From Promethearchaeota archaeon (GTDB taxonomy: Archaea > Asgardarchaeota > Lokiarchaeia > Sigyniarchaeales > SOKP01): DNA of 64,000 nt. How positions within the stretch are numbered: the stretch's first letter is position 1; each line of letters starts with the position of its first letter. Location of the stretch: positions 32,001-96,000 of the forward strand of contig JBHLOI010000004.1 of the NCBI GenBank assembly GCA_048940645.1, read 5' to 3'. Shown here piece after piece: positions 9,685 to 19,397 of the stretch. The position numbers and the translations under genes are program-made. The notes below the pieces were generated by a model. The model saw only the letters and a program-made list of their open reading frames with translations. It was not told where the DNA came from and searched no databases.

Positions 9685-11373
9685 ATGAGTGAAGAAAATC
9701 CATATGCATCAAAACCTTGGTTAAAACATTACGATGAGGGAGTACCTCCTCACATAGATTATCCTGAAATAAATATCTATGAATTTTTAGATAATGCCAC
9801 AAAAGATTTTGGTGGTCGTACAGCAATATGGTTTATGAAAAATAAAATTTCTTATAAGAAATTAAAAGATATAGCCGACAGATTAGCAACTGCTCTTGTT
9901 GACTTAGGAGTTAAGAAGGGTGACGCTGTGGCAATAATGATACCTAATTTTCCGCAATTCATAATGAGTTACTATGGAATATTAAGAGCTGGTGGAGTAG
10001 TTACTTGCTGTAGCGTACTCCATACGGAACATGAACTAGCTTACCAATTAAACGATTCTGGAGCAGAAATAATTATTGCTTGGGATAATCAAGTAGATAA
10101 AATTAATAAGATTCGGGATAGAACGCGTTTAAGGCATGTTATAATTACAAATGTGCTAGATTATTCTCCAATGGCTCCTCGTAATCCTCCTGAAATATCA
10201 GGAACGAAGCAATTCTTAAACTTAATTGACAGTACAAAATCAAATCCCCCTAAGTTTGAAACCAACGCGAAAGAAGATGTTGCCAGTCTTCAATATACCG
10301 GAGGTACAACTGGAGTGCCTAAAGGCGCTATGTTAACCCATTACAATTTAGTTTCAAATTGTCTTGCAACGCTTTCTTGGATTGGTCAAGAATCGAACAG
10401 AGGAAAGGAAACCATCTTGACAAATTTACCACTGTTTCATATTTATGGACAAACTGTTTGTATGAACATACATGTTTATAATGCCTCGACAATAGCTTTA
10501 AATCCAGATCCTCGTGATCAAAAATCTTTATTTGAAATAATAAAAGCAACACAGCCTTCAATGTTTCCAGGAGTTCCAACAATGTATATGCGTTTATTAG
10601 AAAGAGATGATTTAGAAGATTATGCTAAAGATCTTAAATCTATAAGAGTTTGCAATACAGGTGCAGCTCCAATGCCTCCTGAAGTTCTTAAGGAATTTGA
10701 AGAAAGAACTGGTGGAAAAGTGATAGAAGGATACGGAATGACAGAAACTTCGCCAGTAACACATAGTAATCCTATAGCTGGAGAAAGAAAGATCGGCTCT
10801 GTGGGAATGCCTATACCTGATACTGAAGTAAAAATAGTCGATATTGAGGATTATACAAAAATAATTCCTCTTGGAGAAGCAGGAGAAATAATGATAAAAG
10901 GACCACAAGTAATGAAAGGTTATTGGAATAAGCCAGAGGAAACAGCGAATCAATTGAAAGGTGAGTGGGTACTGACAGGAGATATTGGAAAAATGGATGA
11001 GGATGGCTATTTTTACATTGTTGATCGAAAGAAAGATATGATAAATGTAAGTGGTTTTAAAGTTTATCCTCGAGAACTTGAGGATGTTTTGTTTGAATAT
11101 GAAGCAATAGAAAATGTTGCGATTATAGGAATTCCTGACCCAGATCTCCGCGGAAGTGAAAAAGTAAAAGCATATGTTGTATTAAAAGATGGATATAAAG
11201 AAAGTGAAGAAATTAAAAGTGAAATTAAGGAATTCTGTAGGCAAAATGTTGCCCCATATAAAATTCCAAAATTCATCGAATTTAGAAAAGAACTTCCAGA
11301 AACCTTAGTTGGTAAAGTTCAAAGGAAGGAATTAAAAGATATTGAAGCAAAAAGAAGAGGAGAAGAAGTTTAA
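9685..11373 (+). CDS. Long-chain fatty acid--CoA ligase
   Basis: YTGGTTGVPKG, EGYGMTE, TGDIG and DRKKDMI AMP-binding motifs. Confidence 0.92.
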   Translation: MSEENPYASKPWLKHYDEGVPPHIDYPEINIYEFLDNATKDFGGRTAIWFMKNKISYKKLKDIADRLATALVDLGVKKGDAVAIMIPNFPQFIMSYYGILRAGGVVTCCSVLHTEHELAYQLNDSGAEIIIAWDNQVDKINKIRDRTRLRHVIITNVLDYSPMAPRNPPEISGTKQFLNLIDSTKSNPPKFETNAKEDVASLQYTGGTTGVPKGAMLTHYNLVSNCLATLSWIGQESNRGKETILTNLPLFHIYGQTVCMNIHVYNASTIALNPDPRDQKSLFEIIKATQPSMFPGVPTMYMRLLERDDLEDYAKDLKSIRVCNTGAAPMPPEVLKEFEERTGGKVIEGYGMTETSPVTHSNPIAGERKIGSVGMPIPDTEVKIVDIEDYTKIIPLGEAGEIMIKGPQVMKGYWNKPEETANQLKGEWVLTGDIGKMDEDGYFYIVDRKKDMINVSGFKVYPRELEDVLFEYEAIENVAIIGIPDPDLRGSEKVKAYVVLKDGYKESEEIKSEIKEFCRQNVAPYKIPKFIEFRKELPETLVGKVQRKELKDIEAKRRGEEV

Positions 11374-11466
11374 TCCTCTTAAAAAACTAATATTTTTTAT
11401 CGACTCCCTTTTATTCTTTTTTTTTTACAGAAATTATCATTAAAAGTTAAAATTATAAAATAAAGC

Positions 11467-12042
11467 ATGTTGGAAGCAATTCGTAAATTTGCGAGAGAAA
11501 ATTCCGAATCTGATGATATTCATGGATTTCCTCACGTTGAAAGAGTATATAATTTGTGTCTTAAAATAGGAAAAAAATTAGATGCTGATATTAAAATATT
11601 AAATATTGCAGCATTACTTCATGATATCGGAAGAAATAAAGAAGGAGTAAACACCTTTAACAGAAATCATGCTGAAATTTCTGCAGAATTAGCAATTAAC
11701 TTTTTAACTAACGTAGATATTGGACTCCCTAAAGAGAGTTTTGAGAATATTATTCATTGTATAAAAGCTCATTCTTTTTCAAACAAGTTAAAGCCTAAAA
11801 CTCTGGAAGCAAAAATTTTGTCTGATGCAGACAAACTGGATGCATTAGGAGCTATTGGTTTATATCGTACAATAGGATTTACAGTTAAAAGTAGGGGTGG
11901 AGTTGATCAGGTGATTGAACATTTGGAGAACAAAATAATGAAATTGAAAAGTCAGATTTATTTAGACATTTCAAAAGAAATTGCAATAAAACGTGAAAAA
12001 ATAATAGTGAAGTTTTATCATCAAATTATTGATGAAAGATAA
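11467..12042 (+). CDS. HD-domain phosphohydrolase
   Basis: HGFPH, LLHDIG, DADKLDALGAIG. Confidence 0.88.
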   Translation: MLEAIRKFARENSESDDIHGFPHVERVYNLCLKIGKKLDADIKILNIAALLHDIGRNKEGVNTFNRNHAEISAELAINFLTNVDIGLPKESFENIIHCIKAHSFSNKLKPKTLEAKILSDADKLDALGAIGLYRTIGFTVKSRGGVDQVIEHLENKIMKLKSQIYLDISKEIAIKREKIIVKFYHQIIDER

Positions 12043-12280
12043 AGAAAAAGAATTTTCCTTCTGTTCTTAAAGAATTTACCTTGGTATAATCAAGTTTTGG
12101 AGAAGCTTGCGGATCATTTTCACAAATCATTAGATGATGCGAGAAGGTGGATTAAAGATCCTGATGAATTAGAAACTGCACTTAAAGCTTTAAGTAATCG
12201 AGAGAAATCGGTGCTAACTTTAATTTCTAACCTTGATCAAGTAGAAGGTATTATGTAAAACAAATTTTTATTTTTATTTT

Positions 12281-13483
12281 TTAACTAATTCTCAATATTA
12301 TACTTAACAAGATTGGAAATTTTTCTTCAGACCCCCAAATCACATAGATTTTATCATCAATTGGTATAGCAACATGCTTTGCCGCAACAATCCAATCTGT
12401 TCCAATATTATTCGCCGTTTTAGTATCTTCTTTAAATTTTAGATGCATAATTGCTCCAAAATAATCACTTATTGTTGTATGAGTGATTTTAATATCCTTT
12501 AAATCTGGATTTGTGAATTCTTCTTTTATTGGATCTGGCTGTAAATGTCCTTTTAGTTTCTCGTACGACAGTTGTAAAGCTGCTTGAATGATGACTTCTT
12601 CTTTCACAGCTTTATCATATTCAAATATAATAAGCCCACAATCTTTTTCAACTCCAATTATTCCTAAAGCGTTATATTCTTTTGAAACATCAATCCAACC
12701 ATTTTCTGAACTCTCACCCATTATATATCTAAAAGATTTTAGAATCTTTAACTCATCTTCCCTTTCACTAATTATATTATCAATAACTTCATTGAGAGGT
12801 CTAGCAACATAGATCATTGTACCTGTTGGGCGTTCCATGACTTTATCAACCCATCTTTTATTAATTAACCGTTCAATGATCCTATAAATTGTCGTTCTCT
12901 TGATATTCAGTTTTTTATTAAGATTTCCGACCTTTTCTCCTTTTTCACCAATCTGAAGTAGAGTCAAATACACCTTTGCCTCTTCAAGTGTTAATCCAAC
13001 CTTCAATAAACCTAATCTTTGTAAGTTCTGAGTGTCATCTAGCAAAACTTTTGGAGTAGCCCATTTAATCTCTTTAATTTTACCTAAACTTGTATGGGGA
13101 TCTAAATAAGGATCCTTTTTACGTAGTTCTCCTAAAGTCCTTGAAGCATCCATTAAACCTAATAGTATTGTATCTCCAGGCTCTATTCTACAGATAATTC
13201 TCCTCTCATCATCCTTAAATCCAATGATACTACCTCTTTTTTCTAAATTCATAGCAACAAGCCTTTCATATGAAACTTGTATAATTTTGTATTTAATTTT
13301 ATCAATAAGAAGCTCTCCGAGTTCTTGTGAATCCCATAAAGAATTAATTTCTTCTAAATCATCAGTAATATCCCAATTATCAGATGAATAGACTATTTTA
13401 CTATTTCCTTCAATAATGATTGTTGAGATAATTCTAGATTCAGGTGTAAGAAATTTATCTAACCTGTTGATAATTTTTTCCAA
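12281..13483 (-). CDS. Fusion: profilin-like domain + TrmB-family winged HTH + unknown C-terminal domain
   Basis: N-terminus IVYSSDNWDITDDL...IDKIKYKIIQVSYERLVAMNLEKRGSIIG resembles Asgard profilins; GLTLEEAKVYLTLL...KRTTIYRIIERL is a TrmB HTH; TTG start after GGAGG. Confidence 0.75.
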   Translation of the reverse strand: MEKIINRLDKFLTPESRIISTIIIEGNSKIVYSSDNWDITDDLEEINSLWDSQELGELLIDKIKYKIIQVSYERLVAMNLEKRGSIIGFKDDERRIICRIEPGDTILLGLMDASRTLGELRKKDPYLDPHTSLGKIKEIKWATPKVLLDDTQNLQRLGLLKVGLTLEEAKVYLTLLQIGEKGEKVGNLNKKLNIKRTTIYRIIERLINKRWVDKVMERPTGTMIYVARPLNEVIDNIISEREDELKILKSFRYIMGESSENGWIDVSKEYNALGIIGVEKDCGLIIFEYDKAVKEEVIIQAALQLSYEKLKGHLQPDPIKEEFTNPDLKDIKITHTTISDYFGAIMHLKFKEDTKTANNIGTDWIVAAKHVAIPIDDKIYVIWGSEEKFPILLSIILRIS

Positions 13484-13543
13484 TTCTCCTTAACCTCCTT
13501 TTTAAAATGGAATAAAAAAAATTGAAAATATTAAAATATTTCA

Positions 13544-14680
13544 TTAAAAACACCTATGTATTATTTTAGGGCCAAATTCTTTATATTCACGTCGAGTAAT
13601 CCACATCCTATGAAATGTCTTTAATGATCCTAAAATTGAGCCTCCAATCCACACTGAATACATACGTTCTGGTGGACTGATAATTCTTACTTCTACGGAT
13701 TCAGAAATCATTTCCTTTATCTCTTTTGTTAATCTTTCCTTAATACCTGGAAACATAGTAGAACCACCTGACAATACAATATTGCTATAAAGGTCTCTTC
13801 GAAGGTCAACATCACATTCAGATATAGCGCTTACAATAAGATCATCAATTGGGTCTAACTCTTTTCCTATCACTGATGGATTGAAAAAACATTCAGGAGC
13901 TAAGAATCTCTCTATTCCTAAGCTAACAGTTTCTCCATCCGGAAGCATAAATAATTTTTCCATTCCAGCAACTTTCTTAGAAAGTAATAATTCTTTTTCT
14001 GGATCTATTGCAACATAACATAGCTTTTCTTTAATATCTCTTACAATTTCAATTTCAGCAGTTGAGGTGAATGAATAACCTTTTTGTCTTAGCAACCTTT
14101 GTAAATATTTTGTAACGTCTCTTCCTGCTAGATCTATTCTTTGTATAGCATGGCTCAATGCAAATCCTTCATATATCGGAACAATATGAGACACTCCATC
14201 GCCAATATCTATTACAGTTCCTGTTGTTCTTCCTGAAGCATATAAAGATAACACTGCTTGCATTGCAATGTACAATGCAGGTACATTAAATGTCTCAAAC
14301 ATGATTTCTGCCATTTTCTCTCTATTTTGTCGCGGATTCAATGGTGCTTCTGTAAGGAGTATCGGATGTTCTGAAGGATCAATTCTTAGGTCAGTATAAT
14401 ATGTATAATGCCATAATTTTTCCATAGCAGGCCAATCTTCTACAATACCATGTTCGATCGGAAATTTAAGACTTAAAAGACCTCTAAGTTCCATTGCCTC
14501 TTCTCCAATATAATAATCTCTAGAAAAATGTTTTACATCTGGCATCACAGTTCCATATTTTGGAGTACCAATCATGGTAGGAAAAACCGATCGTGGTTGA
14601 TCTTCTCCACCAAAACCGTTTTTGGAAATTCCTGTTCCATTATCTAAAATAATAGCCCTATTAAATTTTAATTCTTCCAT
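13544..14680 (-). CDS. Asgard actin (Lokiactin-like)
   Basis: [63 protein letters not shown] and C-terminal HRCF; collinear with eukaryotic actin. Confidence 0.98.
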   Translation of the reverse strand: MEELKFNRAIILDNGTGISKNGFGGEDQPRSVFPTMIGTPKYGTVMPDVKHFSRDYYIGEEAMELRGLLSLKFPIEHGIVEDWPAMEKLWHYTYYTDLRIDPSEHPILLTEAPLNPRQNREKMAEIMFETFNVPALYIAMQAVLSLYASGRTTGTVIDIGDGVSHIVPIYEGFALSHAIQRIDLAGRDVTKYLQRLLRQKGYSFTSTAEIEIVRDIKEKLCYVAIDPEKELLLSKKVAGMEKLFMLPDGETVSLGIERFLAPECFFNPSVIGKELDPIDDLIVSAISECDVDLRRDLYSNIVLSGGSTMFPGIKERLTKEIKEMISESVEVRIISPPERMYSVWIGGSILGSLKTFHRMWITRREYKEFGPKIIHRCF

Positions 14681-14851
14681 AATTTATTCCTCCACCAATT
14701 TTTTTTCGAAATTATATGCTAATTTTTCACAATAGAAATTTAAAATAATGGAATATAAAAATAAATTGGTTTATAGTTAAATCCAAGAACTATTTTAGTA
14801 TCTATTGATGAATTACAGCATATAATTATAATATGATAAAATAAATTTAAC

Positions 14852-14892
14852 TATTTAAATGTTGTCACAATATTGTCGCATCATTGCGACAA
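14852..14892 (-). promoter_or_regulatory. Actin promoter: TATA box with adjacent palindromic site
   Basis: Minus-strand TTTAAATA (14852-14859); perfect TTGTCGCA-N4-TGCGACAA (14873-14892); extra half-site TTGTCACA (14862-14869). Confidence 0.55.
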
Positions 14893-14917
14893 ATGAATAT
14901 ATATTCATAAACTAGAT

Positions 14918-15532
14918 TTAGTTATATTTTTTAAGAAATTTTTCAGCTGATTTTCTAGTTTTAAGGCTTTTACATTCCAGTTGAGCTTTTACAAATTCAA
15001 TGACTTCTTCCTTATTTTCTATTTCATTAAAGAATTCATTGAAAGATTCAATAATATATGCTTTTATTAAGTCTTTACGGCTAATTTCGTGATGTGTCTC
15101 ATCTATACTTAATAATACTTTAGTTAGCTTATCTCTTAGGTGCGGTTTTGCTTTAGCAATGGTGCCAAGATTCGCTGCTAGATGCCCAGCTGTCATTACA
15201 CTTTTAGCATCAATTAAATTACAATAAATATCAAAAATATCTTCAAACTTATTTTTAGTATCAATTCTGGCAAGGTTGGCGAGAATTTGAATTCCAATAA
15301 CTTTATGGAAATTGTTTTGACTTTTTAGCAAATCAATAAAAAAATCCCAATGTGGATAAAGGACTTCTGGTTTATTCTGGCTTATAATTAATAAGACTTT
15401 ATGGCTATTATATCGAATAATTTCAGCTTTAGCTATAAGATTATTTATCAATTCAACTAATATTTTAGGATCTTCTATTGCTTTATTAATAAGGCTTTCA
15501 GGTTCAAAATCTTTCTTATTTAGATTATGCAA
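14918..15532 (-). CDS. Alpha-helical (ARM/HEAT-like) hypothetical protein
   Basis: Helical repeat pattern; IRYNSHKVL...PEVLYPHWDFF. Confidence 0.6.
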   Translation of the reverse strand: MHNLNKKDFEPESLINKAIEDPKILVELINNLIAKAEIIRYNSHKVLLIISQNKPEVLYPHWDFFIDLLKSQNNFHKVIGIQILANLARIDTKNKFEDIFDIYCNLIDAKSVMTAGHLAANLGTIAKAKPHLRDKLTKVLLSIDETHHEISRKDLIKAYIIESFNEFFNEIENKEEVIEFVKAQLECKSLKTRKSAEKFLKKYN

Positions 15533-15599
15533 ATTTTATCCCTACATAATTTAATTTTAATAAAAGAAAATTAAAAAAAAGTTAAGAATAGATATACTT

Positions 15600-16730
15600 T
15601 TAGCTTCGCTTTCTTTTATCACGCGCTTTCTTTTTTTCATCAATAAATACCCAGATTATTAATGAACTTGCACCAACAATTCCAATTGTTACCAAAGAGA
15701 TTATTAAAATAGTCTTTTCATCCATAATTATTCTATAAATTGGCTCGGTTTTAAACAAATCAGCAATTGGAATCATCTTACCAATAATTCCACTTTCATT
15801 CCCACTGGGATAGATTCTACCATGTGTAAATCCGAAATATTGAACTCCAGGAGCTCCAGGTACGATTTTGGCTAATTCGTCATCCAAATTCAGTTTAACA
15901 ACTTTGCTAAAATCGTGATGATAATAAATATAAATATCACGACTAACAGGATCAAAAATATTGCTATACCATGTTTGATACATAGCTACAGCATTTAAAA
16001 CCTCCCGACAAATGTCAACGGTGAGGACTTCTTCAGAATTAACATCGTCAAGTATAGAACAGGCGGCATCATAGCGCTCACATGGATACCATCCATTTGA
16101 TGGATTTGCTAAGTTAAAATTAGTTGAAACTAGATAATTTGAATCATTTATACGTGTATATGCGAATTCTCCATCAATTCCCGCACTCACAACTACAGCA
16201 TCACCTGTAGCATCAGCATAGTGCATCTGTGCTGCAACTGCTGTACCAAAATAATAATTTTCAAAAAAATCAATAGCATCCTCAACATTACTTAATTCCC
16301 ATAACCATTGAAACCCAACGTGTATTTCTGGGTAAGTATCATTCCGTTCGGGGTGGTCATTCAGGGGAGCGACTGGTAATCCATTTGCATCATAACACAA
16401 GCCTTGATCATTCATCCCGCCCTGTGGCACTCCATCACCTATAAAATAATTATTGTAAAATCCAAAAAATATCATTCCATGCATAAGTTGCTTTCCTTCA
16501 GGAGTTCCCGGGTCAATTTCTTGACTTGGAATAAGCCATATGTATACTCCTTCCATATCGTAATCTTCACTATTTCCAAAGAAGACTTTATCACCTAACT
16601 TAGCTGTAAATATTGTACAGGATTGAGCAATAGGATGAGGGGGATGGATACTAACAATGTTAATAATTTGGATATTTGTAAAGAGACAAGAAAAAATAAA
16701 AAAATATAATAAAAGTCTTTTAGATTTCAT
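15600..16730 (-). CDS. Secreted, membrane-anchored Ntn hydrolase (linear amide C-N hydrolase/C45-like)
   Basis: Signal peptide, SCTIF nucleophile, GNSED, GGMNDQGL, STNF; C-terminal TM and basic tail. Confidence 0.8.
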   Translation of the reverse strand: MKSKRLLLYFFIFSCLFTNIQIINIVSIHPPHPIAQSCTIFTAKLGDKVFFGNSEDYDMEGVYIWLIPSQEIDPGTPEGKQLMHGMIFFGFYNNYFIGDGVPQGGMNDQGLCYDANGLPVAPLNDHPERNDTYPEIHVGFQWLWELSNVEDAIDFFENYYFGTAVAAQMHYADATGDAVVVSAGIDGEFAYTRINDSNYLVSTNFNLANPSNGWYPCERYDAACSILDDVNSEEVLTVDICREVLNAVAMYQTWYSNIFDPVSRDIYIYYHHDFSKVVKLNLDDELAKIVPGAPGVQYFGFTHGRIYPSGNESGIIGKMIPIADLFKTEPIYRIIMDEKTILIISLVTIGIVGASSLIIWVFIDEKKKARDKRKRS

Positions 16731-16867
16731 GAGATAATCCCAGATTAAGAAAAATTTATGTTATTCTATTATATATTGGATGCTTTTTAAATTATTATCT
16801 CAATACTCGTATCAAAATGAACTTATGTTACACATTGTGAACAGATTTGTACAAAAGGATAAATGAA

Positions 16868-19372
16868 TTAACTCATTTTTAGATAAGCCGCTGTTATAGA
16901 CTCCTTAGATTTTATTATTTCTTCTGGATTACCTTTAGCAATAACTTTTCCACCCTTTGGCCCTCCTTCAGGTCCTAGCTCAATGATATAGTCAGTATAA
17001 GCAAGGATTTGAGGATCATGTTCAATTATAATGACACTATTTCCCTCTTTAACAAGTTGTTCGAGTAATTCCATTAACTTTACAGCATCATAGAATGATA
17101 AACCAACCGTTGGTTCATCTAATATATACAGTGAATCACCTTTGCGTGCTTTTCCTAATTCTTTCGCTAGTTTGATACGCTGAGCCTCACCTCCACTCAA
17201 TGTCGGAGCTGGTTGTCCAAGTGTGACATACCCCATACCGATCCTATCAAGGATTTTTAGTACATTCGAAATATTTACTTGGGATTTAAATAATTCTAAT
17301 GCCTCACTTACTGTCATGTTCAACACTTCTGAAATCGTCTTGTCTTTATATTTAACTTCTAGGATTTCTGGCTTATATCTCATACCTTTACATTCCTTGC
17401 AAGGGATTGTGAAGCTACTAAGAAATGATATTTGTAAATCCTGAACACCATTTCCTTTACATGCTGGACATCTTCCACTATCAGAATTATAAGAGAAATG
17501 TCCTGCTTTATAATTTCTCTTTTTTGCCTCAGGAGTTTTAGCAAAGATATTTCTAATTTTTTCCCAAATCCCGATAAAAGAACAAGGTGTCGAGGTTCTT
17601 ACCCTAGAAATTGGCTTTTGGTTGACAACAATGACTCCATCCAAATTTTCCCATCCTTCTATAATTCCAGAGTACTCTAACAGATCTTTATCATTTTCCT
17701 CGTTTTCATCCTCCTCCTCCTTTTTCATTTGTTTTATTTCAACACCTCTTTTAAAAAATGGTTTTATCAGTGGTACAAGACTATCCAATATTAGAGAACT
17801 TTTCCCAGACCCTGAAACCCCGGCAATACCTACCATCATTCCCAATGGAATTTTAACCGTAATATTTTTTAGGTTATTAGTTTTTACATTCCTAATTGTA
17901 ATGTATTTAGTGTTTTCATTAATAACCTTATTTTCCTCAATGAGTTTTTCAGGCAATTTAATATTACCAGCTAAAAATTGACCAGTATATGAATTTTCTA
18001 CATTTATTATTCCATCAATCGAACCTTGATAAACTATCTCACCACCATTCACGCCCGCTCCTGGACCTATATCTATTATTTCATCAGCAATATCTATAAA
18101 ACGTTTATCGTGCTCAACAATAATTACTGTATTTCCTAAATCTTTTAATTGTTTTAATACTTCAATTAAGGAATCCTTCTCTTTTTCATGTAAACTCATG
18201 CTGGGTTCATCTAATATATAGACAAGAGAATCAAGGCCAGAATCTAAATGGGTCATGAGAGTTAATCGTTGAAGTTCACCACCACTTAATGTAGGTAAAG
18301 AACGATTTAAATGTAAGTATGAAAGACCAACATTAATCATACGTTTTAATCCTTCTAATAAGCTATCTAACATTGATTTACCTTGCGGACTTATTACATG
18401 TTCTTCACTAATGCTTTCTAAAAATACAATCAATTCATCAATAGTCATCATAGCTAACTCACCAATATGTTTTTCAGCGACTTTAACTTCTCTCGCATGT
18501 TCATTTATTCGATAACCATCACATTCTTCACATTTTTTCATTGACATGAAATTTTCATGAATCTTATGCCTTCTATAAGTACTCTTTGACTCTGTGAGAG
18601 CACGCTTCACATGGGGAATAATTCCTTCAAACACTCTTTCTAATATTCCTGTAAATGTCTTAGAGTCCCACTCAAAAGGTAATTTTTTACCACTACCATA
18701 TAAAAATACCTGTCTTATATCATCCGGTAAATCTTTATACGGTGTTTTAATGTCAAAATCGTAAAATCTTGGCAATTGTTCAACAAAACGAATTTGATCA
18801 GCAAAAACAGCTGAACCTGCTTTTGTTATTTGAACTAAGTTTCTATTAGTATCTTGAACGATTAAATCCTCAGTAATGTGCATGGTATATCCTCTACCCT
18901 TGCAAGATAAGCACATACCTGAGGGTTCATTAAATGAAAAATGTTTAATTTGTTTCCTTTCCACGACCATCCCGCACAAATCACATTCTAGATTATTATT
19001 AACTGGTTCCTTGCAAATAGGGCATATCAAAATACCTTCAGTGGCATATAGCATTCTGAGTAATCCATAAATTCCTGTTTTAGTTCCTACTGTAGAGCGA
19101 GGATTAAATATACGTGTAGTTCGTTGTTCCACTGCTACTGTGGGACTTAACCCCTCAATTAAATCAAAAGGCTTCTCATCTTCAAATTTAGGTGGAAAAC
19201 CGATGGATTGAAGGTATCTATTCATCCCCTCATCAAATATAATATCAAATGCCAAGCTCGATTTACCTGAACCTGAAACTCCTGTGATAAGAATTATTTT
19301 TCTTTTTGGAATATTAACATTTATGTTCTTTAAATTATGGATTCTTGCTCCAACAACTTTTATTACATCCAT
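16868..19372 (-). CDS. uvrA: UvrA-like ABC ATPase, class II (no UvrB-binding domain)
   Basis: Two GVSGSGKSS Walker A motifs, LSGGE twice, Zn fingers; CPIC and CDLC only 9 residues apart. Confidence 0.88.
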   Translation of the reverse strand: MDVIKVVGARIHNLKNINVNIPKRKIILITGVSGSGKSSLAFDIIFDEGMNRYLQSIGFPPKFEDEKPFDLIEGLSPTVAVEQRTTRIFNPRSTVGTKTGIYGLLRMLYATEGILICPICKEPVNNNLECDLCGMVVERKQIKHFSFNEPSGMCLSCKGRGYTMHITEDLIVQDTNRNLVQITKAGSAVFADQIRFVEQLPRFYDFDIKTPYKDLPDDIRQVFLYGSGKKLPFEWDSKTFTGILERVFEGIIPHVKRALTESKSTYRRHKIHENFMSMKKCEECDGYRINEHAREVKVAEKHIGELAMMTIDELIVFLESISEEHVISPQGKSMLDSLLEGLKRMINVGLSYLHLNRSLPTLSGGELQRLTLMTHLDSGLDSLVYILDEPSMSLHEKEKDSLIEVLKQLKDLGNTVIIVEHDKRFIDIADEIIDIGPGAGVNGGEIVYQGSIDGIINVENSYTGQFLAGNIKLPEKLIEENKVINENTKYITIRNVKTNNLKNITVKIPLGMMVGIAGVSGSGKSSLILDSLVPLIKPFFKRGVEIKQMKKEEEDENEENDKDLLEYSGIIEGWENLDGVIVVNQKPISRVRTSTPCSFIGIWEKIRNIFAKTPEAKKRNYKAGHFSYNSDSGRCPACKGNGVQDLQISFLSSFTIPCKECKGMRYKPEILEVKYKDKTISEVLNMTVSEALELFKSQVNISNVLKILDRIGMGYVTLGQPAPTLSGGEAQRIKLAKELGKARKGDSLYILDEPTVGLSFYDAVKLMELLEQLVKEGNSVIIIEHDPQILAYTDYIIELGPEGGPKGGKVIAKGNPEEIIKSKESITAAYLKMS

Positions 19373-19397
19373 ATTCTAATTCATCACTTTTTTTAGT

